A stretch of DNA of 64,000 nucleotides from Bugula neritina (lineage: Eukaryota; Animalia; Bryozoa): the NCBI GenBank assembly GCA_964035545.1, contig OZ037765.1, forward strand, positions 12,100,698-12,164,697. The letters are read 5' to 3'. This document shows positions 1-31,840 of this stretch, in pieces. The notes under the pieces were generated by a model. The model had not been told where the DNA came from, did not search any database, and saw only the letters and a program-made list of their open reading frames with translations. The stretch's first letter is position 1. Every line of letters begins with the position of its first letter. A program made the position numbers and the translations under genes.

Positions 1-238
1 GTTATTAGTTCTTATTTCAGAGTAAAGCATTGGCGACCTTCATCAAAATGGCGGCAGTAAGACACAAAATTTCCAGGCCCTGTCAAATCCAATGCAAGGA
101 AAACAGTTCCTACTTATAACTAAACCGCATTTAGTAGAAAGCTATCCTATTAAAATACAGTTAACTGCAGATGTTGGACTCAACTCCTGAGTGGATAATA
201 CCTGCTGTAAGAAGCAAGACACGTGCGTACAGCCTTAC

Positions 239-14696
<14,458 letters not shown>

Positions 14697-15336
14697 TCAA
14701 AACTGTGTGCAATTAAGTCTATAACAATCATTAGTTTGAGTCTAAACGTAATACCGAATATGTTATTTTACAATTGCAATATTCGTTTTTGTTTCATTTT
14801 TAGTAACAAACACCTTACAGCACCGTCGAACGTCATCATACTAATCGTTCGCAGCGCCCCCTACCAGTAGGAAGTAAGCAGGTGCTTTTATGCGTGAAAT
14901 TGCAGGCCGTACAAGAATACATGCCATCGTTCAGCGAAGATATAGGGTAGCGCAACTCCTCAAATACACAGTTGCCTTACTGCAGTTAATACTGGAAAAA
15001 CCTATCACGGCAAGATGCGCTCTCATTTAAATTCAGACTTTGCTGTTGCTACTAATTAACACAAACGACCAAGTCTAAATAACCTGTTGAAGACAACAAG
15101 GCAGGCATTCAAATACCATTTTGAAATGTTATACGCAACAATAAAACATATTTTATACTTCATTGATACAATGAAAAATTGTGTTGAAATTGTATTATTA
15201 TATTTGAAGTTTTATATATACAGCAAGAAGGACTTGGTAAAAATGATCATAGCCTTTAGGTTAAAATCCTTATACAAGACATTTGTAGATATTGGAAAAA
15301 AATCAGTTTATATGTCTCAGCTTAGTAGCTGTAGGT

Positions 15337-17604
<2,268 letters not shown>

Positions 17605-17910
17605 TGTAAGAAGACTGTTGAGAAAAGTATCAAAAGAAAGCTAAGCAAATATGGTGCGGCACTGGCTCACAAATCCAGCGTGGTTGCAAGTTGAAAATGA
17701 AGCAGTAAGTCCGCACAAACTCAAGCATGACGTTGGATTGGTTGACGAATCCATAAAATCATGTGACCCATATTGAAAGCGAGGCTCATACACCGCCATA
17801 CTGTCAAATTTTAGTGACAGTGTTTCGTGTAATTAAATGTGATTGTCATAGTGAAAAAACGCAAGTGTGAGCAAGTTATACTAACTAATATTTATTTATC
17901 ATACCTCGAC
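17605..17910. promoter_or_regulatory. Bidirectional promoter between FBL and YTHDF
   Basis: Divergent ATGs are 306 bp apart. CpG-richer segment with TGACGT (17728-17733), ATTGG/CCAAT box (17737-17741) and a YY1-like CCGCCAT (~17793). Confidence 0.7.
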
Positions 17911-20900
17911 ATGTCTACCCGTGTAGATCAAGTAAGTTTTTATTATCTGGTTAATGAATCATAGCTGTTTTATTCCCAAAGTGAAGGCCAAAAAGCAAGA
18001 AATAGAATTCCTAACAAGTCACTGAACTCAAGTGTTCAGACAAGTCTGACAGTGGGGTGTGACTAGTGACTTGTCCTATCACTTGAGTATATCTCATCAC
18101 ATTGAAATTTGCTGACACTTGAAGTGAAATTGTTATAAGCATTATGATCACGCTTAATAAAAATAGCAAAGGGTAGGTACTCGATTTGGTTTTGATTTCC
18201 TTTTGAGTTTCAGTTTAGATTCAGATTACACTTGCTCACTTGAAGCTACTACCAGTAAGTTACTGTTATTGTTAATTTTGCTGTAGTTTTATGCTTAGTG
18301 GTATTTTTAGTATCATTAAAATTACTACTAAAAGCATAAGAACTTTCTCATAGTCATTATGTTGGTATAGAATAGGTTCCCCCCTCCAGCAGGGTAAAAA
18401 AAGATGTGTTAACATTACGATCGGTTAGTAACATGGTAATAGCCTCAGCTAGTACTGGTAAGGATAGAAGTAATAAAATATCCGTAGTGTAATACTTATA
18501 CTTATGTTATAGTAATAGATATTCATATACGCAGTTATAATTGTTTAAGCTATACTTCTGCTAATACTAGGGCTAGCCGTAACACTTACTCACTAAGAGC
18601 AAGTCTTCGTCTAACTCAAACTGCAATACTAGTGGCTATAATTATACTTGAAGTTAATATGTTATAGTATTACTTGTACTCCTCCTCCTTAGTCACTGAG
18701 TTAGTCATATAATCAAAATACAGCAACAAATTATTATTGTCACCAGGCACACAAAGCCTAGTTGTGTGTGCTTTTCGGTTAATTATTACTAAAATATTTG
18801 CAACTTGTGTTTATTACTTTATAATACCATTAGTTTAAAATCGTCATCCATTATTAATTGTAGAGAGGAAAGGCATCACAGCAGCAGAATGGTCCTCCTG
18901 GTATGTATCAGTATATTCATAAATCATGTCAAAAAGTAAAATTTATGTGGTCAATATAATTTTTATCATATACATTATGTTGACTTTTATACTATTTCGC
19001 TGTAGTAAATGGTAATGTGAGGGTAGAGGATTATGATTACAGTGGCCGCCCTACACATGTGCATGCTCAACATCATCCTCAGCAAGTAAGCTATGATTAT
19101 AACAAGGACTCTATTTTATTTGAAAAAAGTGACTCAACTATTGTATATTCTTGGTCAGAAGATGAGTAAGAGGGAAATATTTTATATAGATAATAATGAC
19201 TTGCTTTTTACTGGCTACTGTTTTTCTAATTTGAAGGCACAGTATGGTGCTACAGTGCAGATGTCCAGTCCTTCAGCTGACAGTTATGCTTATTATCCTA
19301 TGGGCTATCAGCCTCAGGCGGCATACTTTGATTCTACTCCGTGGTCCACATCTGGGACTGATCCCTTGTCATATCTAAGTGGATATAATCAGCAGACTAT
19401 GGGTGCTGCAGATTTTATGCAGTTTCCAACGTTTGACTATAGCTCGCTATGGCCTGGCTATGCAGCAGCAGACTATTGGGGATCACCACAGCAGTCTGAT
19501 CCTAAGCTACTAGACGGGCAAACTTATATGACTGCTCCCATGGACCAAGTATATTCTGATGCTTACAATTCTACTGGTGCTCTTCAGAAAACTTTGACTA
19601 ACAATCAAGGTATGCCAGTAGCAAATAATGAAGCCGGTGATGTAAAAGATTTGGAACAGAGTATGCATACAATGTCAGTGAACGGACATTCTAATGGCAG
19701 CCAAAGTTCGCCTAGTGAGACATTGCTACAAGACCCTAATGTAGCTAATGTCAACAACTCTAGTGTGATTACAACTGCTAACTCTGCAACTCCATCACCT
19801 GCAAAATCTTCATGGGCAAATGTAGCTAAGACGCCTGCCAAACCAACTAAGATTTTGACTCGTCCCCAACCATCCAAAACAACGCAAGAAGGTAATTGGG
19901 ATAAAGGTGCATCTAGATCAGGTCAACCCTCCCAGGGGCAGCGTGCTGGTGCATGGTCTGCTCCAAGAAATCAACGCAATGGTTCATCTACGGCAAACTC
20001 GGATCGATCAGCTAACCCTAGGCAGCAACATGCCGACAAACATGATTCCGCCATGGATCCCACTCTGAATAAGCTTAAGTCATCGAATGCCTACAACCCC
20101 AAAGCATTCGACCTTACTGCTAAGAATGCCAGATTTTTTGTAATTAAGAGTTACTCAGAAGACGATATCCACCGTGCTATTAAGTATGGTGTTTGGTGCA
20201 GCACTGAGCATGGAAATAAACGCTTGGATTCAGCCTATAAAGAAAGAGAAGGCAAAGGACCAGTATACCTGTTTTACTCGGTGAACGGTAGCGGGCATTT
20301 TTGTGGCATGGCCCAAATGATGTCCGGTGTAGATTACAAAACAAATATGAGTGTGTGGACTCAGGATAAATGGAAGGGCAGCATGGTTATAAAATGGATA
20401 TATGTAAAAGACGTTCCCAACGGTCACCTTCGCTACATTCGTCTTTCCAACAATGAAAACAAACCTGTGACTAACTCACGAGACACTCAGGAGGTTCTTC
20501 CTGAACAAGGCAGAGAGGTATTAAAGGTGATACACAATTACAGACATAGCACTTCAATTTTTGACGATTTTGGCCACTACGAAAAGAAAGAGGTGGAAGA
20601 AACCGATAGTGATAGGAAAAAGCCTTTGCCAAAACTGGCAGTAAGTAACTTATAGTTTTGTGTATTTTAACATTCTCTCATGCCAATCGTTAGTTGCTGT
20701 ACACATTCTTGATGTTCGAGTCAGTTCCATATTTACTGGCTAAGAGTTTGTACACAAAATTGTAAATCAATATCAACAATAATAATCCTGTAAAAATGCA
20801 ATTATAGTCAGCTGTTTCTGTTCTTCCTTCATTTTTCTGTGGTCTGCTCACATTTATTTGCTCAGAATGATGCCCACTGCAAACACTTGAAGCATACCAT

Positions 20901-21152
20901 ATTTATTATCTCAATTTCAAAATCTTTTGATATGTATTTATTTTATAGTGTCTATGCTGCCTCAACTCTTATTTTTCAATTTGCCAAATGAATAAGTTTT
21001 TAATGTCTTAGTTTCTAATCACCACTCCCCAGTTTCACTATTGCATCTTTATTATGTAAACATGGGCACAACTGTGTAAGCTAAGCAAACTAAAAGTTGT
21101 CTATCAAACATGTTTAAATATATTTCATTTTTAGAATGGAAGCAGAAATTGA
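17911..21152 (+). CDS. YTHDF: YTH domain family m6A reader (YTHDF-type, ~519 aa)
   Basis: Exons 17911-17931 (MSTRVDQ, like YTHDF MSATSVDQ), 18864-18900, 19006-19085, 19237-20640, 21135-21152. P/Q/S-rich N-half with [12 protein letters not shown]; YTH domain [34 protein letters not shown]...[16 protein letters not shown]...[13 protein letters not shown]...[12 protein letters not shown]. Confidence 0.97.
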
Positions 21153-24100
21153 GGACTAGTCCGCCAACATTGAAACAAGACTGTTAACTGTTTTATGGTG
21201 ATTGGTGTATTCTTAATTTTTGCTCATTCCAATTAATCGTATAACTATTGTCACAGTTGAAATGATAATTTCTACATTGATAACTTCATAATAAAACTTT
21301 TGATATTTTCATAAGACTATTGTATTTATTAGTACTCAGGATATCCATTGTATCATAATTTTGTTGCAATGTCATAAATTTGATGAGTAATACATGTGTT
21401 GTGAAAAGCCTGCTGTCAACATGTTGTTATACGGTCCTCATCTGAATGTATGAAAATTATGATTAATATAACTACTACACCTAAATGAATTCGTGTGATT
21501 GAGGTAGGCTAAAATTACATGATCATGGTTGCAAATCATCTATGATTAGTTATGGGTCTGCATTGTTGGTGGTTATATATAGAAAATTTACTGTATGAAA
21601 ACTATGGAAAATACAATTACATATATAACAAGCCCTTGACATAGTTCAACGCAGCAAGATAAATTTTATACCAACTGCTTAAATAGAGTCATCTCCCTTA
21701 CTTTGAGCAATCGTAATGCCAACGTGTTGCAATACCTTCGTGGAGTACTAGGAGCAAGGGGTATAGACTATAGAACGCTTCATATATGAACAGTCATGTA
21801 ATGCATAGTTATAATCACTGAAATGTATTCCGATTCAGTGGTGGTGATTGCATTGCCAATATTGACCAATTGGTGGCTGACTGACAGTCTTAACTGGTGT
21901 CCATGTGGCACAGGTACTTGTTCTAGATTGAGAAGATAACTCTATGAACAGATTAATCTGATGTTTTGTTCACTGACAGTTTTACAATATTACTTCAACC
22001 ATCTTTACGTACGTCATTACATGGTGTCATTCTTTTCGAAATTTGCAATATCTTACATTCGGCCTAATTCAGGCAAAGAGATCCCCCCCACACACAAGCA
22101 CACGCACAGAATAATAAAATATATTTAGCTAGGTAATAGCTTTCATGTTATGAAGCATGTTGGCACCCCTTTCCTTTCCCAATATTAGGTTTGGATTTAC
22201 TTCAAATTTTTTTCAAGCTAAAATCTTACACCAATTAACTATGAAAGACAGTTATCAAACACATACTTTTGGCAAACTGAGGGATGAACAACTGGACAGG
22301 AGGCTAGAGAGAAACCCTGAGTATTATTGCATCATTCAATGTGCTGTACATGATGGTACGGCTGCAATGGACAGTCAAGTGCTATTTATGCTGGTATGGC
22401 AGTGATTATAGCCGTGTTGGCAGGAGTTCCTTTAAAGGAAGTACCAGTGCTTTCATGACAGGACTGCAATGCAGTCCCTTTAAAAATTAAATCACCATAC
22501 ATATACTGTAATAACTCTGCAGTATCACAAGTTAAATTTCCTGTAGCTACTTAGCAGATTCTTTTGCATTATAACACCTTAAAAACATCTCTCTAACCCA
22601 CCCACTACCAATACCCACATACATTTGCTCTGCATGGGCAGAACCCTACAGAACTCATATTGTTTACAGTTAAATTTACTTGTAATTTACCTCAGTAGTA
22701 TTCTGCAGTTTTTTATTCAGTATGTATCTCCAATACTATGATAATATTGTTAGAATTACATAATGTTGATTTTTATTGTGACTGTTTAATGGTAAGATAA
22801 TGCTATTGTAGTAGATTTGGGAAGTTATCACCACATTATGTCTTGGAAAGTGCCAGAATGCATTAACTATTTATATTTGCGTTGTTGATGAACATTGCAT
22901 GGTGTAATTAATAATAAGAGTAGAGTAACATTTTGGAGGTCACTTTTTAAATTGCATGAGCACTAGCCTAGTTCTAAAGGTGCTTTATTTATAATTTATG
23001 AGCTATTTCCAAACTGTTCAGCCAATCAGAGTACACCAGTGTTCAAAATATGTCTGGTTCTCTATTTATGGGTTTTCCATAAGCAGTGAATAAACAACAC
23101 AGCTGTTTTTCACAACAACATTTTAGATGGGTATAAACCGAGTTAATTTATTTATTTCAAATGGGCAGGTCAGCTAGTGTGCTGCGTTGATGTATATACC
23201 ACATGTACTCTATTGCAGTGAGTAGTTTTACTATGTAAATAAAATTAGCAATACTAAACCACACACAGCTATAAAGGGCAGCAAAATGACATTATACTCT
23301 TTCAAAGTTATCCGCTTTAACACCTTTTTTACATAGCAAGTTAGAAGTTATCTTACCTTGTAGTTTGGACCGTAAGGTGAGATAACTCTATGATGCTAAA
23401 TGCAGAACTAAGTAGTAGACTATATATACATAGACTACAGGCGAATAATAAATGCAAAATAGAATGAATTATATTTGATTCGGTGCTTTCAATGTATTTT
23501 AAGCAAGTTATTAGCAGACAAAGGAGATGAATTAAAAAATTGCCTTTTTTGTGCAAAAGTATAGAAATTGATATGAGCATAGATAGGAATAAGAGTTTTT
23601 TGAGACATAAGAACCGCTGTTTTTATAAAAAGTTTAGTCAATTTGCAGCATTAATTATGAGCAATACTTTACAATTTATAAGCGGAATATATATTAAATA
23701 TTTTATGTTCAGCAAAGTTTGTTAAACACAAGGCACATGTTTAGGTTTGTAATTTAGTGTTTTGTCTGTAAAAGGTACTAAAATTTGTGACACATAACTC
23801 TTTAAAATAGGGTAAAAGTGTTATAAGGGCTAAATTGTATCAAATTCATTCTATTATGTGGATAACCAAAGCTGTCTTTTAACTTTGAAGAATGGGGAAA
23901 GACAATTCTTGTTCATTACCTACTTTCAAGGTTCTAGCAGGGTTAACAAAAACAAAGCATTTGTTAAAAAGTCAAAATTCAATCAAAAATAGTTGCCAGA
24001 ATTCTATAAACGTTTAAAAGTAATCATTTTTATTTACTTTTTTCTGTGAGTAAACAGTGTTTGAGTTTAATTGGTGTACTTGCCAAAAACCTGTTGAACA

Positions 24101-27100
24101 ATAATATCAGTAATGTCCAATGTTAGTGATAGGGTGAAATATAAAAGAATTTTTACTTGACATCCAATATGCAGCGCTAACAAAATTGAAGTTATAAGAT
24201 CAGTTTGTTGGGTAAGAATGTGACTGTATCAAGGTAAAATCCTAATGTCAGCCTCAGATATTTTAACTGCAACATTCTATTTTATGTTCTGCCGATTTAC
24301 ATGATCAGATTTTAGCACTTTTAAAAAGGTCGTTAATAATATTTTGGTAGACCGAATTGTTAACAGTTCTGAATACTCTAAGGTGAATAAGAGTCCTGCC
24401 CACATAGAGCAGGTTTTCGAACGGAGTACTTCGACTGGAAAGAGCAAAATTGAGCTGTTTTGTGCAGATTCCATTTGGTCAACATATTAAACAAATGCTA
24501 AAAAAAGTTTAATCTGTTTGACTGAGTACTACTTAGCAATTCCTCTTTTGTTTTTCAAATTATTACATTCTTATTTTTATTGCTTTATTGATAATCATAA
24601 GATGTCAAAACAAGACAATTTCTAACATTTGGCAATAAAGTCATTGGCAAATACCATTGGTCATTCAGATTTTGCTCCAGCTGGCAAAATGTTATGCGTG
24701 GCAGGTGACTCCCCAACTGACTTTTGCCGCATACAGAAATTCTGCTACATTCTACAGAACCTAAGCAGGAAGTTACTATATTATCAACAGTTATTAGGTC
24801 AAAGGTTTTTGAAAACAGATGAAAACCATGTGGTACAACACTTGTTGGTTATAAACTCACTAATAGGCATATCATAATCTGAACTCATGCATGTTATTCA
24901 CAAGTGCTTCAACTGTTTCAATATGTATGTTTATTAAGCGAGTTAAAAATAAACATATGCCTGTACAGCACAAGGTGGTGACAGGTGAGAAGTGTTACAA
25001 CAAAGTGTAAGAGAATGTAGGGGGCAATGATACCAATTAAGTTATTGCAAAACGATTTTAAAATATTTGGCATAATTGAAAGACTAATTAGGAAGGATAG
25101 AAAAAAATTTAATCATCATATCTGACAATTCAGCATTTAAACTGGTTCCTCAAGTAAACTTCGACAATTAAAGAAATATGCAAGAAAGATTACGGAATTT
25201 AGTAATAAGACTCATGCATGTAGGTGAGAAAATAGGTCTTTGAGAAGTGATGCTGCATAGAACTGATGCATAGAGTTCTCGCTTTAGTTTCAAAGTCTTG
25301 GTGTTTATACTACGCTAATTTTTAAAGTTGCTGAAAAATTAGCTGAATAGCCTTAAGCAATATCACACATAGCCAGATGTCATACAATATCAGGCAATTT
25401 AGGCTACAAACTAGATTTGTAAATTTCTTAGTAATTTAGTCATGGAGTTATCTTCTCTGTACAAACCTCAGTTGGGTTCCCAAAAGTTCACAATTATGTG
25501 TTACAGTAAACTATGCGTTGCTGATTAAGTATAAAGTTGATGCTTGAAGTTAAAGATAATGCAATGGATGTTCATAAAAATTAAAATAGATTGCTGTTCG
25601 TAATTTTGTGTTACTTTCAAGTTTATACAATTCATTTGTAATGTAATTGGTTTATTAAATGTGATGTATATGCAATGTACAAATACTGAACAAACTTATG
25701 AAGAAAGCCAAATATTGTACTTTATTGATATTTTTCTATATTATTGATTTATTCATATTTCACTTTAATTCCTACTATAATTTATAAGTGGTTATAATAC
25801 AAATAAATCAACTGAAAACTAAAAAGAACTTTTTCCTCGTTATTCATTTATAAAGGTGTTGGACGAAATAAACCCTTCAAAATAAAATAAAAAACAAAAT
25901 TTGGTTAGTCAACAGGTATAACCTAATATATGCAAATTTTACTTAGCTAAAGCACTTCCATCCCAGTTACTTTATTATATCCTTACCATCAAGAAATTTG
26001 AATTAATTAGATGGATTTGTTTACAAAGTAACTTTGTTCAAGTGCATGGGAAAACCTACTCGACTTATTCTACAACATAGTATACACAAATGAAGGAGTG
26101 CTGCTATATAAGAAGTATTCTGTGCAGGATCTATTTAATCATCGTATTATATTGCGATATCAATGAATCAATTTTAATTGGTCGTGTGTATAGCTAATTA
26201 GAAATACACTTCCACTGCATAACTTTTAACCGAATCTAAATACTTGAGCCTATTAGCTGTTTCCTTTCTTGTACATATCAATTATATTAAATTAGATGTG
26301 CCACTTGCCAATTGCATTATTTACTGCTTTATAATTACCATTATTTACAAATTTATCTCTTTAGATGGAAATTAAGATACTTATGTAAAATGTGTAGCTA
26401 AAAAATACCAAAGACTCTGTTATATGAATTTTAAAGCTAAAAGTCAATTCATGTTATTAGGCTCTGTAAAACAGTTGAAGCTCAACCATTCTATGATACA
26501 TGGGTAAAAACGTTCTTGAACTTTTTGTTTAACGCAATTTATTGTTTTCTAGTTGTAATACTTACTATTTCTCTAAGCCATTTACACAAACTTAGATACA
26601 AGCTTCTCTGATACTTTACAATTTGCTGTAAGCTAAATTTTTTGCTATACTTATATAGGCTATAAATGCAAAACTAATATGGGTATATTATAGAGAGCAG
26701 GTAAAATGTCATAAAATGAATTTTTATATGCTTCAATATGAATTTGTACGAACTTGCTTCATTTATCTGATATTTAGAATAGATTAGTAATTTTTATATT
26801 GAATGAAGTAACGCAATGTAACTCTGTAACCAAGCTCTTTGTGTTGGAACATCAGAAACCTGCTAGGATTGCAGCATCTTGAAGCTATTATTACCATTTC
26901 CTAAGAAAGTCAACATTGACTGTTGCACTCTTAGGTTTTGTTGTGTTTTTTTTAAAAGTTTCAATATATATAGAAAGTGAATCAAGTAAAAGCTCAGTTC
27001 ATTTTACAAGTGGCTTTTAGCTTCAACTATTATAATATTAGAATTATATAGTTGAAATAATAACTATATAACTATATAGTCTAAGGTTCTTATTATAATT

Positions 27101-30100
27101 GATTGTATAGTGAAACTTATACTTATTTGAAGTCCTTTTACCTAATTAACTTGAGTTACCTGGTAATCCTGTTCTAATTAATTGTGAACAACTATGTAGT
27201 ATTTTCTATACTATCTTTTGAGTTTTCAAATCTTATAATTTTAAATGCAATTGACTATAAGGCACAATTATATATCATGAATTAAATGTAGCAGCAATTT
27301 AAATAGTTCCAGTGTACGACTTGGTACATTTTTAAAATGAGTTTTATTTATCAGGGGAGAGTTGCAAACTTGAACAGAAATGTTTGGTAATTTTGCATTG
27401 CATTGCCATGAGTGTTGTCTTATTTTTTGCCCCATACTTGTGCAAATTAGAAATTAAATAAATTACACCTAATTTAATTTCTTCTTGAAGGAATTATTCT
27501 TTAAATAGAACCAAAAGCTTAAATAGAACAGATGTTTGACACATATCAAAGAAGTAATCAATTTACTATAAGTTACTGGAAAAAAGGAAATTGCATATTA
27601 ATATTAGTTGACTTAAAACACCACTAATACCAAAATTTATGATCTTGGAACCCATCATTTTTTTAAATTAGCAAAGTCTACCACAAAACTTGTGCTTGAA
27701 AACTGCTTACATAACTAAACCTCTACTCTAAAGCACCACATATGTATAGATATTGCTCAAAAAGCTATAGCTGAAGTTTATTTTTAAAACTTGAATAAAA
27801 AGAAAAAATGAACGCTGTAATTGAGGAAAAAATTAATTCTCCGCATACACATAGTTGAAGTATAAACTGAAAAAACTCATAATCTTATTATTTGATGTCT
27901 GCTTTAAAGTGTGCCCTGAGTCATGAATTAATCATACACTCATACCACACTGAACTATTTGTGGCGATAGCCTGACTTTTCAGACTAATTAAACTAATAG
28001 CTAAAGTTGGAATTAATTTGACTCCTCAGTGCATGGCAGGTGTTCCACAGAGATATATGCAGCATTATACCACCAATCACAATCTTCAATAAACCATCCT
28101 ATTATAAACTGCAATTTTTTGCCATGGAAGTTTTTTGTAATCATTCTTGATGTCTTTTTTGGTGGTAATTTATTTCTAATTGTTGCTCAGTATACAATAA
28201 TTATCATAATAAACTTAAAACTTTGTTTGAAAAATAATTTGTGCAGGTCAATAAATTAAATTTATAGAAAACATGAAACATTTAGTTTGTCACGTAAAAG
28301 ACATTCATCAATACATATATGAATTGTATCAACGAATGTTTACATATACAGCTTTCAAGTAAATTAAGTTTTAGACATCTTTATATTTCTGCATTTGGCT
28401 TACATAGTTTCAACTCAAACATATTTATAAGCTTTTCAAGTCTTTTATTAAGATGACGAAGTCATAGGTTCTCAATAAAAAGCTCAGAGTTAACTACTGA
28501 ATATTCACAAATTAATTAAATTAATATTTTACTAAAAAGCAGCAGTAATACTAGTTATTCAGTGGCTTTGTAGTGGCAGAAACAACACACAATATAGCAA
28601 ATAAGGCTTTACTATGATGCATATAGCTGCTTATCTTACAAGTTTCGATTTTGTCTATTAATCTGCAACTGATATAATCAGCCACTTTTGTTTAATTACC
28701 ATCATTATCAGTAGGTAAAAAATAGTCTATTGAAACTAGTATTTAAAAGCTTTTGAATTTGAAAAATCGTATAGGTATGCTTGCTTGCTGCATGCTTGCC
28801 TTTTTAAGAAAGTTGAAGAACTTAGGCTATCTCAATAATTCTCCACTACTTCACATCGATGTACTAAAGCTAAAATAAACTTATTAATATCAATTTAATA
28901 CTTTTTTGCTTCTAGTGTCTATATACAGTCTGAAGACAGAAAAACATAGAGATATAATAAGATCATAGAGAGAAATGCATCATTAAAGTTTTTGCTTAAA
29001 TACTTAAATCATTTTCTCATTATCAAACACTAGGCACAAGTCATCCAGGGCCCACAAATAATAATAAAAATAGAAAGGTAGCTACATGTTATAGAATAAG
29101 CTCAATTTATAGGCTAATAATATTGATGAATTATTTATATTGCATTTTTAGCTTCTCAGTAATATATAGCTTTTTGAAAATTTGAAACTGCTTTTAAACT
29201 AGGCTAAATTAATAAAATATCTTAGGTATATTAAGAGTTTGTTAACCACATCACTCAGATAATAACTTCTTTATCATAAAAGCTTATCTATAGGATGGTA
29301 GAAAAATTCTAGCAATTTCTTTGTTTTACGAACACGTTACAATTTTCTTTCATAAATAAGTTCATTTTCTTCAAAAGATTCAGTAACTTACTGTTTGGCT
29401 AAAATGTATAATAATTATTTTATTCAGCAGTTCACTGGCTAATTAGAAAAAACTATAATTAATGTGGAAACAGACTTGGTAAAAAACAATGTAATATAAA
29501 TATAGATTGAAATTTGCTGTAATGTTTGATTCTTCTCCCGAATTGAGCAAATTATAGCTGCACCAGCATGCTTCTGGAAAACTGATATGTGTTATATATT
29601 ACATTAGCACTTTTGTTCCTTATTTCCTTTTTATTCACTACATTTTCTTGTATTTTTGTTTTGTCATTTTTGCTGGTGTAGTTCTTATGTATACTTCTCT
29701 CTAATTTACCTTCGGTCACAGAGTTTTGCTTTGTATAAACTCAAGTGGCCAAAAGTTTAAAAAAGAGCTTGCAGTAGCATATTAATAATTGAATTGGGTG
29801 ATTTTATTTCTCCGCCATATAAAAGCAGTCACCCAAGTGAAAAATACTGTAGATAATTTTAAGTTCTTTAAACAGCTGCTCAAACTCCTGCTTTTTGGAA
29901 AACTTGCAACATTAACTCGAGCTAGTTTAACTAGGTGTGATTTCACTTTTACATGCAAGTCTAGATTTTAGATGTACCCCAAAACTCATTTATGATGGCT
30001 GAAAAAAATATTTTGAGGGCATGTTGAGTTGTGTCCAAGCATTTTTTTTACAGCCAAACCAACTGTTACATATCTTTCACAATAAATATAAATATACGGA

Positions 30101-31080
30101 TACAGATGGATGCAAATTTAGCTGTTTATAAACATATTCGTTTAAGTGGGTTATTTTTCATACATCATAGTAAACTTTTTAAAAATGTATAAAGCAAAGA
30201 TTTTTGTGAGCAGAGTTTAAAGCATAACTTAAACCTCAACTATTATAAAATCTAGCATGTTATTTAAGCTTTCATCAAACAGGAAATCTCACATGTTCCT
30301 ATTGAAATAATAAAGTTGTAGCTACCTATACCCTATATAATGGAATTATGGTTAATTGCAGTTCATTCACTAACAACTGTTTTAAAACATGTTATTGATG
30401 TTATGGTACTACATTAGCTATAAATGGCAAAAAACTATGTTTCAACTCTTTTTATTATCTATAACAATATCTCTATATATTTTAGTGTGCAGAGCTAAAA
30501 TAGATCATCTGATAACAGTTCTGTAACAGCAATAGTTTCATACAAGCAACTAAAATATAAGTGGATAAAAACGGAAAAAAATAAAATTGAAATTTCACAT
30601 TCCAGCTACTGTACGCACTTGAGAAGACTAGATATTTTAGACTTCCTTTTACAGGTTAAATATTGGCTTCAAAGAAGATAACATCTGCACCTATAATTGC
30701 ACACCTTGTGATTGGTCATGTGTGGCTAATGATTCAAACAAACGATAAGAAAGAGATGTTATCATGATGTAAGTTCCGGGCTGACTTGACTTTTAGTGTT
30801 AAAAATTCTAAAAAGAGGAGTTTTCCTATATCGTCATTAAATGATTAAACCGGCTGTAAGAATCTGAAAAAAAGATAAAGTTATTTACAGCCTAGTAAAC
30901 TTGAATAAAACAAAGAAAAACATTTACAAAAAAAGTAACGGCTAAACCTAAACATAAAAATTTACATATCAGCATTTAGTTAAGCTTGTCCCTTTCCTTC
31001 TCCTTGGAAGCTGTCATAAGTTAGGGAAGGATTGTAATTTCTATTAATCCATATTCTATAGCATATTAGCACTAGTGTTA

Positions 31081-31265
31081 GGGAGCAGCTGTGGCCTATG
31101 GGTTAGAACGTTGGCTTGGTAAACAAAAGGTCAAGGTTCAATTCCCAGTAAAAGCCATTGGTGATGTTAGGGAGAGCAACTTGTCTCAACTGCCCCCTTG
31201 CCATAATAGTGAAAAGTCTTTCTACCAGAAGTTCTTATAGAGATGTCAATTATAAACCCACAGAG
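31081..31265 (+). mobile_element. tRNA-derived SINE, copy 1
   Basis: A-box-like TGGCCTATGGG (31092) and B-box GGTTCAATTCCC (31135-31146), followed by core AAGCCATTGGTGATGTTAGG shared with the copy near 43500; no complete cloverleaf. Confidence 0.75.
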
Positions 31266-31840
31266 TTCTTATATTAAAACGAGTGTAAATAAATTATAAT
31301 CTAAATGCTACTTTATATAAAGAGCATTGTAGGTAATTTTCTCATGAGAGATATACAAATTTAAAAATATTCAATAAAAGTGTTTTGTTATAAATTCTGA
31401 TTTTGTCAAACTTTGATGTTCATAAAGAATAAATTATGCCTTGAGCTCTCATTAGTAATTGCACAACATTGACCCATATTATGCAATACTTTTTGCATAA
31501 TATATATACAGCTGCTTTATCACATGACAATATTATTATGCTTGAAATGTGCTACTTATATGAAATTCACTACAATATTGCTTCAATTCACACATGCAAC
31601 TTATATATCAGCTACATGTAATTTGTACACAATTTCCTTATGCACTGAACTGTAGCATGAATTAAAGCTTTCATTTATACTACAGCCATATATGATAGGT
31701 TATATAGTAGAACGCAATAAATTTAATTAAAAGGTCTTTTTATTTAAAATTGTTGGTGAAGTGATAGTGGAAAGAATTGGCTAGGTTGCTGGGTGAATTG
31801 ACATTTTTTGAAAGAACGTTTGGAGCTGTTTCCTGTGTTG

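Noticed and set aside
45-55. YY1-like AAAATGGCGGC in a Scribble intron
   Set aside because: Single motif at the window edge with no supporting promoter context visible.
22420-22480. Two adjacent short hairpins preceded by ATGA (SECIS or ncRNA?)
   Set aside because: No 3' GA quartet and stems are short; no in-frame UGA selenoprotein nearby.
24300-24880. Short open frames in the YTHDF-peroxidase intergenic region
   Set aside because: No recognisable motifs or consistent exon chain.
31081-31150. tRNA gene
   Set aside because: A/B boxes are present but there is no acceptor stem or cloverleaf, and the body is shared with a second dispersed copy, so it is a SINE.
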